Assembly (NCBI GenBank): GCA_964384035.1
Contig: CAYLIB010000003.1
Span: forward strand, 36,393 to 100,392
DNA: 64,000 nucleotides
Direction: 5' to 3'
Source: an uncultured Candidatus Saccharibacteria bacterium
GTDB lineage: Bacteria > Patescibacteriota > Doudnabacteria > UBA920
Made by a program: the position numbers and the translations under genes. The number at the start of each line of letters is the position of its first letter. Within the stretch, counting starts at the first letter, position 1. Positions 27,798 to 36,911 of the stretch are shown here, one piece after another. The notes beneath the pieces were generated by a model, which saw nothing but the letters and a program-made list of their open reading frames with translations, ran no database searches and was not told where the DNA came from.

Positions 27798-28694
27798 TTA
27801 ACGACTTACAAGATTGGTTCCTTTAAATTGATTAATAAGTAATTTTACCCCAAACCTAGACCAAATACCAAAAAAGACTAATGGATCAAGGACATAATAA
27901 TATTTTCTTCTGTAATATTTATCATAAAAAAGCCACATAGCGTTATGAAAAGCAAAGAGTGCATACTTAGATTGCTTAGATGATTGCCCTTTGTAATGTA
28001 TAGTCTGTGTTTTTGGGTAATACCAAACTTTAAACCCATTCAGGTGCGCTTTCATGCAAAGATCTAAGTCCTCACCATACATATAAAAACGTTCATCGAA
28101 ACCTTCTATTTGTTCAAGACACTTAGGACTAATAAACATAAAAGCACCAGAACAAGCATCGACTTCCGTTTCCTGGTCTATAGGTAGGTATGCGAGATTG
28201 TATGCAGAAATACGTTTATTTTTTTTGAAAACAAAGGATAGTCCGCTGAGTCTGAAAAATGCAGTCAATGGTTTGGGAAAGCTTCTCCTGCATGCGAGAT
28301 CTAAATTACCGTCTGGTCTAATAATTTTACAAGTGGAAATACCAATATCCGGATGACTCTTCATGAAATCCATCATAACTTGAAGAGTATCTGGACTCAC
28401 CTCTGTGTCTGGGTTAAGGAGTAATACAAACTCCCCTCTTTTCATTTTAAGTCCCCTATTGTTAGCTTTTGGGAATCCCTCGTTGGTATTTTCATAAAGC
28501 TGAATCCTATCCTTTAGATCCGCTACTTTCATCAGCTCTTTTACCATTTCGACGGTTCCGTCTTTTGACTCGTTGTCTATAATAATGACTTCAAAATTGA
28601 AATCTGTTTTTGAGGCAAATAATGCTTTGAGTGCTTTTTCAAAAACTGGTTTGCACTTATATGGAACCATAATTACTGAGAGTTCAAAGTTCAT
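27798..28694 (-). CDS. Glycosyltransferase family 2 (rhamnosyltransferase WbbL-like)
   Basis: IDNES.DG, NEGF..ANN, LLLNPD, SGAFM, FDERFYMYGEDLD. Confidence 0.92.
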   Translation of the reverse strand: MNFELSVIMVPYKCKPVFEKALKALFASKTDFNFEVIIIDNESKDGTVEMVKELMKVADLKDRIQLYENTNEGFPKANNRGLKMKRGEFVLLLNPDTEVSPDTLQVMMDFMKSHPDIGISTCKIIRPDGNLDLACRRSFPKPLTAFFRLSGLSFVFKKNKRISAYNLAYLPIDQETEVDACSGAFMFISPKCLEQIEGFDERFYMYGEDLDLCMKAHLNGFKVWYYPKTQTIHYKGQSSKQSKYALFAFHNAMWLFYDKYYRRKYYYVLDPLVFFGIWSRFGVKLLINQFKGTNLVSR

Positions 28695-29683
28695 ACTAGC
28701 TCCTTTTCGTCGTGCGTGAAATATTTGGCAAAATCCTCTTGGGAGATTTTACTAGTGTTTAAAACGGTTTTTCGTTTATTTAACATTTTGGGGAGTTGCC
28801 TGAAAAATAAAGGTAAGACAGCGAGCGTTCTGGTTTCTAATAGACAAACATAGCCGAACATTAATATTTCTCTTTTGAAGAATGAAAAAGAAATTTTTGG
28901 AAAATTTTTGATGACAAGAAAAATATGGTTTTTGAAATTCCACTTGCGAACATTTTGGCCGACACTTTGCCTGTGCTTAAAAAATGAACCAAATTTTTTT
29001 ACACCTTGCTCACTAGAACCAGTTGCCCTTCCGTGATAACCCACAGCGTGAGGGTTGAAGTAATTGAGATAGCCTTTATGCAAAAGTCTTAGGCCAAGAT
29101 CAACGTCTTCCCAATACATAAAAAAGTCTTCGTCGAAGAGACCAGCTTCTTCTATTGCTGTCTTTCTATACATTGGAGACGCGCCTGAGACCGCAACAAC
29201 AATATTCTGGCTATCGTATTGCCCTTTATCTACTTCGTGTTGTCCCCTGTCTCTGGCCCTTCCGTTTTCGTAGAGAATGATACCGGTAGTATCTAGTGTT
29301 TGTTTTTTTTGGTGACTTTGAAAGTGGTAGCCGAAAAGTTTACCTGTGGCACTGCCGACTTTTGGATTCTCGAAAACTTTAACCATTTTACCCAAATAAT
29401 CTGGTTCTAAAATAAGGTCATTGCCTATGAGTTGAATTAGCTCTCCTTTGGCTTCAGCGAAAGCAAGATTGTGACCTCCGGCAAAACCTAAGTTTTTACC
29501 TGGGTCTAAAATTTTTATATCGGGATAATTTTGCTCTAGGTATCCCTTGGGGTCATTTTCATTACCGCAAATTACTACAATTATTTCATGATCTTTAAAA
29601 TCTTGCGCGTTAACAGAATCTAAAACCGCTTTTAAATTTTCTTTGCTATTGTAGACAACGAGTTGAATTGTAACTTTAGGCAT
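28691..29683 (-). CDS. Glycosyltransferase family 2
   Basis: NLGFAGGHN, SGA..MYR, FDEDFFMYWEDVDL. Confidence 0.92.
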   Translation of the reverse strand: MPKVTIQLVVYNSKENLKAVLDSVNAQDFKDHEIIVVICGNENDPKGYLEQNYPDIKILDPGKNLGFAGGHNLAFAEAKGELIQLIGNDLILEPDYLGKMVKVFENPKVGSATGKLFGYHFQSHQKKQTLDTTGIILYENGRARDRGQHEVDKGQYDSQNIVVAVSGASPMYRKTAIEEAGLFDEDFFMYWEDVDLGLRLLHKGYLNYFNPHAVGYHGRATGSSEQGVKKFGSFFKHRQSVGQNVRKWNFKNHIFLVIKNFPKISFSFFKREILMFGYVCLLETRTLAVLPLFFRQLPKMLNKRKTVLNTSKISQEDFAKYFTHDEKELV

Positions 29684-31256
29684 AAGCTTTTATTTTACGA
29701 ATTGTAAGACTGGTAACTGCGAGGCAGAGCAATGTAAAGATTAATATTTTGTCATTAAGAATAGTAACATCGAAGACCGAGAAAGCTATTAACCAAAGAA
29801 ACAGCATACCCATAGCTGATAGCATTCCGGCTTCGTTTACTTTTGACAACTTCACAGACAGAATGAAACTGGAATAAATATTTTTCAGATAAAAGAAAAT
29901 AAATGCACCAAAAGAAATGAGCCCAAGGAAACCCAACTCAACTAGAATTTGTAGGTACAGACTGTGAGCGGTTATATATTTTTCGGGCAAGTTATAACGA
30001 AGATTTATTTTCTCTTCATTATTTTTTTGCTTTCCGATTCGAGCGTCGGTAAAATTGCCAAGACCTACACCAAGTGGATATTTAACAGATAGCACTAGGC
30101 TTTCTTTCCAAATAGCGAGCCTTCCTGCATTTGAGGTTTCATTTGTGTCGTATATAGACCTTACCCTTCCTATGTAGTCGCCACTTATTCCGCTGTAGGC
30201 ATAGTGCATACCGAGCCTTATTAAGGGAGAGCTGGCAAAGGCAAGAATAACCATACCTATTGCTATTAACTGGGGTTTTAAGAAACTTCTAAGACTCTTC
30301 TTCCACAGGTACAGAGAAACGAAAATAATTGCTGGACTAAGCATACTTGCCCAAACCCCTCTTGTGCCAGAAAAAACCAAGCCGACTGAAAACAAGTACA
30401 TAAGTAGTAGATTTGTTTTCTTACCAATGAACCAATTTTTGTTTAATAGATAAGAGAGGGTAACTAAGCCGAATACGCAGATAAGACCGAAGGAATGCGA
30501 GTCTGGCATTACGCTAAACATACGCAAAACTAAATTTCCATTATTAACAGTAAACCAAGAATTGGAATACCAGAGAACAGAAGCAATTTCTGAACCGAGA
30601 ATATTCCTTGCTACCACCTCGGCCCAATATTGCCAGAAATAATATATTGGCATTAGGCTAGCGAAAACAAACTGGAAATAGCCGAGGAATAAAATAATTG
30701 AACTGGATACAAATAGTGCCTTAAGAGTCTTCTCTAAGTCGGAGAAATTTTTTGCCCAGAGGAGTAAAAGAACTGCAAAAATACTTGCGTTAAATATAAA
30801 GATTAATCGAGATACCCCACTTTCATACCCAAGCCCAAACACCAAACCAAGCAGAGTGATTACCGAAATAATAAGTAGTGGAAATTTCCACACTGGAAGA
30901 CTTTGCCATATGACTATGATCTTTTGTTTAAGATCCTTTGGCGATAGCTTATAAAACCATCTTCTGTTTTTATACAGAAGATATGCACTAAGCAGTAAGG
31001 ATAATACCGAGGTAACTCTCCAAACTTGCAGGGTGTCCGAATAGGGCCTCAACGCGGGAAAGCTTAAAGAAAGAGCTATTATAAAAAATGAGAGAGCAAT
31101 AACAGGTTCAAATAGAAACCAGATACCTACCGAAACTAAGGGAATAAATTTTATAAATATACTCCCTCCGTTGCCAATCGCAGTGAGGAAGAAGGCACAG
31201 AAATTAGCTACTAATAAAAAAACATAAATGTGTTTATTGTTTAGTTTCATTTCCAA
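29676..31256 (-). CDS. O-antigen ligase/polymerase-like membrane protein (Wzy_C)
   Basis: Many TM helices, SGTRG, SNAGRLAIW, PLGVGLGNF, AHSLYLQILVELG. Confidence 0.88.
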   Translation of the reverse strand: MEMKLNNKHIYVFLLVANFCAFFLTAIGNGGSIFIKFIPLVSVGIWFLFEPVIALSFFIIALSLSFPALRPYSDTLQVWRVTSVLSLLLSAYLLYKNRRWFYKLSPKDLKQKIIVIWQSLPVWKFPLLIISVITLLGLVFGLGYESGVSRLIFIFNASIFAVLLLLWAKNFSDLEKTLKALFVSSSIILFLGYFQFVFASLMPIYYFWQYWAEVVARNILGSEIASVLWYSNSWFTVNNGNLVLRMFSVMPDSHSFGLICVFGLVTLSYLLNKNWFIGKKTNLLLMYLFSVGLVFSGTRGVWASMLSPAIIFVSLYLWKKSLRSFLKPQLIAIGMVILAFASSPLIRLGMHYAYSGISGDYIGRVRSIYDTNETSNAGRLAIWKESLVLSVKYPLGVGLGNFTDARIGKQKNNEEKINLRYNLPEKYITAHSLYLQILVELGFLGLISFGAFIFFYLKNIYSSFILSVKLSKVNEAGMLSAMGMLFLWLIAFSVFDVTILNDKILIFTLLCLAVTSLTIRKIKAYA

Positions 31257-32325
31257 GTATTACTTCTAAGGTTTGTTTTGCGGTTTTCTCCCATGAAAAA
31301 AGTTTTAATCTTTCCGTACCTTTATTTACTAGCAGGGTCCTTAAATTTTCGTCTAGTAGGACACTCTCTATGCTACCTAACATTGAGTCTTCGTTTTCTG
31401 GGTCGAAGTATACTGCACCCTCCCCTGCTACTTCGGGCATACTTGAGACGTTTGAAACTGCTACTGGAATACGAGCATTGAAAGCTTCTAGTATCCACAT
31501 ACCAAAACCTTCATAGAGGCTGGGCATTACGAGTGCTTGGGCTTTTTTATAAATAATATTTCTGTCTGAATCACTAACGTGACCTAAGTAAACTACAATA
31601 TTTTTATTCTTCTCTATAGCTTCCATAATTGGTTCGTACTTCCAACCCTTCTTACCAACAACAACAAGCTTATAGTTTTTTTCTGGGTGTTTGTCTGTGA
31701 ATTTCCTGAAAGCGTCAATTAATCTAATTAAGTTTTTTCTGGGTTGGAGCGTGGATAGGAATAGTGCGTATTTTTCTGGAAGCTTGAGTTTCGTGCTTAA
31801 ATCCGAAACAAAATTTTCCTGTTCGTAGCCATGATGAACAACAAAAATTTTATTAGGGTTAGTACCATAAAATTTTATAAGATCTTTCTTGGTAGACTCG
31901 GAGATACAAATGACTCGCCAAGATAGTAGCGATATCATCTTATATGAATAGTGTAAAAACTTTCGCATAAAGCTAGTGTCAGCTTCTGGGTAATGAATGA
32001 AAGCAGTATCGTGAATTGTGCAGATGGATTTCCTTGGATGAAAGAGCGGGAGCGCTGAAGCAGGTATAAATAATCGGTCTACTGGGTGAAGGAGAAGCTC
32101 TATACTAAGACGGATTTGCGTCCAGAATTTTGGGAAAGGCATAACCTTAATTTCGAAATTTTTTGGTAACTCTAAAAACCATGGCTCAGGGGTGGTTCTT
32201 AGGTAAAGCCTGTATTTATTTTCTTTATCTATTTTTGCGAAATGCAGAATGAGTTGTTTGGCGTAATGCTCTACGCCAGTTTTCTGTGACTCATTTGCTC
32301 TCTCTGCTTCTATAGCTATCAACAT
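31234..32325 (-). CDS. Glycosyltransferase family 4
   Basis: TGVEHY, TIHD, LQPRKNL, PSLYEGFG...LEA, FSWEKTA. Confidence 0.93.
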   Translation of the reverse strand: MLIAIEAERANESQKTGVEHYAKQLILHFAKIDKENKYRLYLRTTPEPWFLELPKNFEIKVMPFPKFWTQIRLSIELLLHPVDRLFIPASALPLFHPRKSICTIHDTAFIHYPEADTSFMRKFLHYSYKMISLLSWRVICISESTKKDLIKFYGTNPNKIFVVHHGYEQENFVSDLSTKLKLPEKYALFLSTLQPRKNLIRLIDAFRKFTDKHPEKNYKLVVVGKKGWKYEPIMEAIEKNKNIVVYLGHVSDSDRNIIYKKAQALVMPSLYEGFGMWILEAFNARIPVAVSNVSSMPEVAGEGAVYFDPENEDSMLGSIESVLLDENLRTLLVNKGTERLKLFSWEKTAKQTLEVILGNETKQ

Positions 32326-32599
32326 AAATTTGTAAATCTCTATTATCTGCTAAAAGTGCTCCTGATTTGGCTTCAAGTTGTCTTCTTTCGTGGTACAACT
32401 CTTGTAGTTCCAATTCGTAGCTGTTTGCATTGCCTCTTGTTTCTAGATCATCTATCTCATCCAGCCTAATGGTAATTTCATTTAGCCTTCGCTCATAACC
32501 ACGCCATCTGGCAATGTCTGGATTTAGTCTTTGGATTTCCTGGTCTATTTCCTCTTCGCTTCTTTCTGGTCTTAACCTATCTACTCCTTCACCTTTCAT
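32291..32599 (-). CDS. Small coiled-coil hypothetical protein
   Basis: Charged heptad-like sequence; ATG 32599 preceded by AGGAAAGGAAAC; overlaps both neighbours. Confidence 0.55.
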   Translation of the reverse strand: MKGEGVDRLRPERSEEEIDQEIQRLNPDIARWRGYERRLNEITIRLDEIDDLETRGNANSYELELQELYHERRQLEAKSGALLADNRDLQIYVDSYRSRESK

Positions 32600-33029
32600 A
32601 GTTTTGTTTCCTTTCCTGTTTTTTGAATGAAGTTTTATGAACACTCTTCTTATACGGTTTAAGTCGAACGACTTTTATCTGACTCCCTTGTACCTTGAGT
32701 CTTTTTTTTAATTCCTCGACGTAAGCTTTTTGATCGTAACCAAGAGCTATGATGCTCGGATTTATTTCCAGAATTTTTTTAAAAAAATTGTCTTTGGCAC
32801 CCAATACTACTTGGTCTACGAGCTTACAGCTCTCGACAAGACTTAGTCTGTCTTTTTCTGTGTTTTCGGCTTTTTGACCTTTTATTTTGGTAACGTTTTT
32901 ATCTCTTGCTATAGAGACTATTAGGTAAGGATTTTTTGCTAGTTTTCTTGCTTGTTTGAAGAGCGCGATGTGACCGGGGTGCAAATAGTCGAATGTACCG
33001 AACAGCATAATTTTAGTTGAGGTGTTCAT
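32589..33029 (-). CDS. Cytidylyltransferase-family protein (FAD synthase RibL-like)
   Basis: FGTFDYLHPGH (HxGH), VSIARD, IALGYDQ. Confidence 0.85.
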   Translation of the reverse strand: MNTSTKIMLFGTFDYLHPGHIALFKQARKLAKNPYLIVSIARDKNVTKIKGQKAENTEKDRLSLVESCKLVDQVVLGAKDNFFKKILEINPSIIALGYDQKAYVEELKKRLKVQGSQIKVVRLKPYKKSVHKTSFKKQERKQNYER

Positions 33030-34468
33030 ACTACACCTCCCCTACCGAAAATACCTTTTACAAAATGTATGTCGGATTTATTTAAAAACCCGGTTAAACC
33101 TAAAATTAGAAGATAGCTAATTCCACCAAGTGCGCTACTCAAGATAATATTTTGTTCTTTGACATAGAATAATAAAATGCCCATACCCAGACTTGCTACT
33201 AGTGGCTGCCAGAGAAAATTTACGACGGAGAATTTAACAATTTTTTTATAGACAAAGTAGAAATAGAAAATACCTTGCACGGTTTCGGAGATTATTGTCA
33301 TTATGGCTGCGCCTTTTATACCGATTCTTGGAAGCAGGATTAGGTTGCCAATTAAATTAATAAAGATATTGGTAAATGTTATACCTACGGCGAACTTTGT
33401 GAGCTGGGAAATAACGATTGAGTTAGCGATTATGTAAATGAACAACATAACCGAAGCCCAGACGAGAATGGAAAGAACTTGAGCAGATTCAGCGAATGCG
33501 GAACCAGCTAGGACCTGCATAATTTTGGGAGCAAGTAAACTACCTGCTACACCCATTGGAAGAGCGATAGCAAACATAAATCTGAAATATTTTTCGAAGA
33601 GTGTTTTCGCGTTAAGCGAATCGCCTTTTGCTATTAGGCCCGTAAACACTGGATAGAGTGCGTGGGAAACTACTGCGGGGAAGAAACTAACTAGGTCGAA
33701 AAACTTATACGCGGCGGTATATAGTCCGGTTTCTGTGAACCCTAAAAGTCTGGTTATTAAAATTACATCGAGACGATTATAAATAGTACTGAAGCCTACG
33801 AGGAGTGCGAAAGGTAGCGCCGCTTTCATTATTTTTTTTACTAGGTCGTAGTCGAGCGAACGTATTGCTTTGAATAAATCTGGTTTTGGGACATGAGCTT
33901 TGACATAGTTGTAATAAAGAAAAATTGAAATGACCGCAAAGACTACTTGGTTTGTTACTAGAAAAACTATTCCACGGTGAAAAAATACAGTCGAGAAAAT
34001 GAATAGAGCATTGGTAACAGAGCTTAGAAAATTTACTAAGGCAACTTTCTTTAGGTTCTGGAATGCTGACATGGTGGATAAGAATGGGTATGTGAGACCA
34101 TTTAGAGCCGTACCAAAACCAGCCATTGCTATTGCTCCGAATACAGCACCTGAGTAACCTGCTAATTTAGCGGTTCCAATGATTGCAAAGAAAACAAAAA
34201 TACAAAGTAGAAATTCTACCGCGAAAAAGTTTTGGAAATATTTTTTTGCGTTCTCGGGATCTTCGCTAATTTTCTTTGTGATGTATTGCTGGATGCCTAG
34301 GTCTATAACTACACCAAAAACTGTTACGAAAGAAAGTACGAATTGATGTTGCCCGGAGACGGTAGGACCTAAGTATCGGAACAGCAGAGTGTACGCGAAA
34401 AAGAGCATGACTAACGCAGAAATACGAGAGGCGGTTAGCCAGAAGATATTTTTTGAGGCGGTTACCAT
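33026..34468 (-). CDS. Polysaccharide flippase (Wzx/RfbX family)
   Basis: KNIFWL, DLGI, IYNRLD, GLYTAAYK, LLPRIGIKGAAI; about 14 TM segments. Confidence 0.92.
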   Translation of the reverse strand: MVTASKNIFWLTASRISALVMLFFAYTLLFRYLGPTVSGQHQFVLSFVTVFGVVIDLGIQQYITKKISEDPENAKKYFQNFFAVEFLLCIFVFFAIIGTAKLAGYSGAVFGAIAMAGFGTALNGLTYPFLSTMSAFQNLKKVALVNFLSSVTNALFIFSTVFFHRGIVFLVTNQVVFAVISIFLYYNYVKAHVPKPDLFKAIRSLDYDLVKKIMKAALPFALLVGFSTIYNRLDVILITRLLGFTETGLYTAAYKFFDLVSFFPAVVSHALYPVFTGLIAKGDSLNAKTLFEKYFRFMFAIALPMGVAGSLLAPKIMQVLAGSAFAESAQVLSILVWASVMLFIYIIANSIVISQLTKFAVGITFTNIFINLIGNLILLPRIGIKGAAIMTIISETVQGIFYFYFVYKKIVKFSVVNFLWQPLVASLGMGILLFYVKEQNIILSSALGGISYLLILGLTGFLNKSDIHFVKGIFGRGGVV

Positions 34469-34544
34469 ATAGCTTAATTTTAACAGATAAACTTGGGTTG
34501 GCTAATTGGTTATAAATATGAGGGAAATTGAGTATATTTATGTT

Positions 34545-34573
34545 TTGACTTTTTATTAAAATTGTGCTATAAT
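34545..34573 (+). promoter_or_regulatory. Sigma70 promoter of the 34670 ORF
   Basis: TTGACT-17 bp-TATAAT with extended TG; followed by a GAATTACC...GGTAATTC leader stem. Confidence 0.75.
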
Positions 34574-34669
34574 ATATTTTATTTGAATTACCAGCTATAT
34601 CCCCTATTTTTTACGGGTTATTGCCGGTAATTCACAATCCCTTTCAACAAAGTCTGTAGGAGGACGATC

Positions 34670-35722
34670 ATGATTAGTAATCTTAAAGGTGTCGTTTTAC
34701 CGGAGAAACCGGTCATTGATAAACTCATTGCTGCCGCGATCGTGATCTGGTGGCACACGAAAAAATTCACGGTTCCCGAAGATTTTCAATTCTTCTTTTG
34801 GAACACTAACGAAGAACCTGGCGAAGAAAATCGAGCACAATGGCTTGCGGAAGGAATTTTTCCGATTGATATTGGAAAAGATAAATACCACTTACGCAAG
34901 ACAGGAAGTGCTTGCGAAACGGTCTGTAAGGATCTGGGAATCGAACCCAATAAATATCCTGAGATCGAGTGGCTTGTCCGTGCTGCAAATCGGAACAACA
35001 AAGATGGCTGGATGAAAGGTGCGGCGGATGGATGGAATATTGCCTTCATCATCCGGGAGCTTTACAAAGCTGGCGAGGAAGTTACCCCCATCGCTGAGGA
35101 GGTAATTCAATTCGCACTCAAGTACATCCAGTACGGGAGTCAGAAGGTTTCTAAAGTGGATTATTTCACAGAACCCTTTTTCGACGGATTGACCAAGAAA
35201 GACCAGTTTGTTCCTTTTACGATTCGCCACCTGTGTTACACCCTGTTCGAAATTCCTGACTCTGATTATGAGGCTATCGCAGATATTATCAGCGCTTGGA
35301 AGGACTTTCGGAAGGAAGCCCAAAGACACGAGGCAAAGGTCGCAAGACAGGCTCGTCTGATTGAAAAAACTCTCTTTCAGATCAATCATGTGAACTGCTT
35401 TGTGGTTCACACAGATGATGTGAATATTCCGAGAGCGATTCTTTACCAGACCAAAGATTTGGGAATTCTCATATGCCGAGAAAGCGGTGGTAAGGTTGCG
35501 ATTCTTACACACCGGGACCGGATCAACGCAAAAGGATACAGACCGGCCTTCGGCAATTTCTTTGAGGCCCTCACCAAGGCTGAGGGCAATGACTCACAAT
35601 GGTTTCATGACACAAGGATTTGTGCAGCGCTTAATGGCTCCAAATCCCTGAACGCGGTTGAGCCGACAAAGCTTACCGATCAGGAAATCATCGAAATCGC
35701 TCAACAACACTTGCGCTTCTAA
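34670..35722 (+). CDS. Hypothetical protein, degenerate DHH/MYG1-like fold
   Basis: SD AGGAGG; P..D...A, G..PIDIG...YH, SAC..V...LG and C-terminal WF......LNGS....PT.L pattern. Confidence 0.55.
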   Translation: MISNLKGVVLPEKPVIDKLIAAAIVIWWHTKKFTVPEDFQFFFWNTNEEPGEENRAQWLAEGIFPIDIGKDKYHLRKTGSACETVCKDLGIEPNKYPEIEWLVRAANRNNKDGWMKGAADGWNIAFIIRELYKAGEEVTPIAEEVIQFALKYIQYGSQKVSKVDYFTEPFFDGLTKKDQFVPFTIRHLCYTLFEIPDSDYEAIADIISAWKDFRKEAQRHEAKVARQARLIEKTLFQINHVNCFVVHTDDVNIPRAILYQTKDLGILICRESGGKVAILTHRDRINAKGYRPAFGNFFEALTKAEGNDSQWFHDTRICAALNGSKSLNAVEPTKLTDQEIIEIAQQHLRF

Positions 35723-35748
35723 CAAGCGCTAAGATTACTTCTTCCATT

Positions 35749-35784
35749 CACCTCCGGGATATTCTCGGAGGTGTTTGTTTTTTT
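35749..35784 (+). terminator. Rho-independent terminator
   Basis: CACCTCCGGGA-TAT-TCTCGGAGGTG plus T-run. Confidence 0.7.
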
Positions 35785-35840
35785 GGAGAATTTGTGGTAT
35801 GAATATCTCTTATTTCTAGATAGCTAAAAGGGGTGGAACT

Positions 35841-36884
35841 ATGAATAGAGTTATTAAATTAACTGTATTAATTGGCTTTTTTTTATCGCCTTGGTGGTTA
35901 AATACCACCCAGGCGCAGAAAGCCCTACCAAAGAAAACAACTAGCCCTGCGCCGTTATGCATTCCGCCGGATATGGCGGAAAGGGCTAATGTGCGGTATG
36001 AGGAGTCGAAGAATAAACCACAAGCGCCCTCTGTTCCGGCTAAACCAAAGATAACGCCTACACCGGCACCGTTGACTCCTTGCAACCTTACCGAACAACA
36101 GATTTCCCAGTGGGTGGATGAGAGACTCCAAAAGAAATATGAGCGCATAAAGAGCGACCCTACTGCTATGAAGATGTATTCCCGTGAACACGCTTCTAAA
36201 CTACCTGAAGTAATGAAAGTTCTTCGGGCTATTGAGGACGAGAAGGGTCTTGAACCTGGAACACTTATTTACCTAGCCTGGGCTGAGGGTTCGTTTGATA
36301 AATTGGCAGCCTCTGGGCTTAGCACTGCAAGGTCTTGGTTTCAGATTCTTTGGGATACAGGAATTCGGATGGAGCTTATTCGACCTACTGGGCAAGTTGT
36401 AAACGGTTACGTTTGCGACATTCGAAACAGCAAAGGGAATTGTCTTCACTATGGCAAGGGGTCATGCAATAAAATTAATGACCTTCGTTATGACCTTGCT
36501 TCAAGCGGAAGGGCGATTGGGAAAGAGTTAGCACCGATACAAAAAAAGTATGGGAAGACATACTTGTATTGGTGGCACCATTACCCAAAAGCTGTTACGG
36601 AGCTACCGAAGATAGTTGCCGCGCAATTGAATGGTGGGAAATATATTGCACCTGAAGAAGTGCAGGGGTTTTTGAAGAGTAAGGGTATAAACAACGCGCT
36701 GAGACTAACCGCTGCCGCGGTGCTCTGCAAAGGACTTGCTTCGCAAAAAGTGAGCCAGTACCCAGATGGTAGTGCTACGTATGTTTACACAATCGTGGCA
36801 ACTGCAAAGATTCTTAGGGAATTCCAACCACAAGCTTGCGCGGAAATAGACAAAGCACGGACTGTTTGGAACTCTAGACATTAA
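35841..36884 (+). CDS. Secreted protein with lytic transglycosylase (SLT)-like domain
   Basis: Signal peptide ending TQA-Q, Pro-rich linker, LAWAEGSF...A.S..STARSWFQI, DLRYD. Confidence 0.6.
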   Translation: MNRVIKLTVLIGFFLSPWWLNTTQAQKALPKKTTSPAPLCIPPDMAERANVRYEESKNKPQAPSVPAKPKITPTPAPLTPCNLTEQQISQWVDERLQKKYERIKSDPTAMKMYSREHASKLPEVMKVLRAIEDEKGLEPGTLIYLAWAEGSFDKLAASGLSTARSWFQILWDTGIRMELIRPTGQVVNGYVCDIRNSKGNCLHYGKGSCNKINDLRYDLASSGRAIGKELAPIQKKYGKTYLYWWHHYPKAVTELPKIVAAQLNGGKYIAPEEVQGFLKSKGINNALRLTAAAVLCKGLASQKVSQYPDGSATYVYTIVATAKILREFQPQACAEIDKARTVWNSRH

Positions 36885-36911
36885 AAAGGACCTGTTACCA
36901 GGTCCATTTTT
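36885..36911. terminator. Bidirectional terminator
   Basis: GGACCTG-TTAC-CAGGTCC flanked by A/T runs between convergent genes. Confidence 0.65.
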
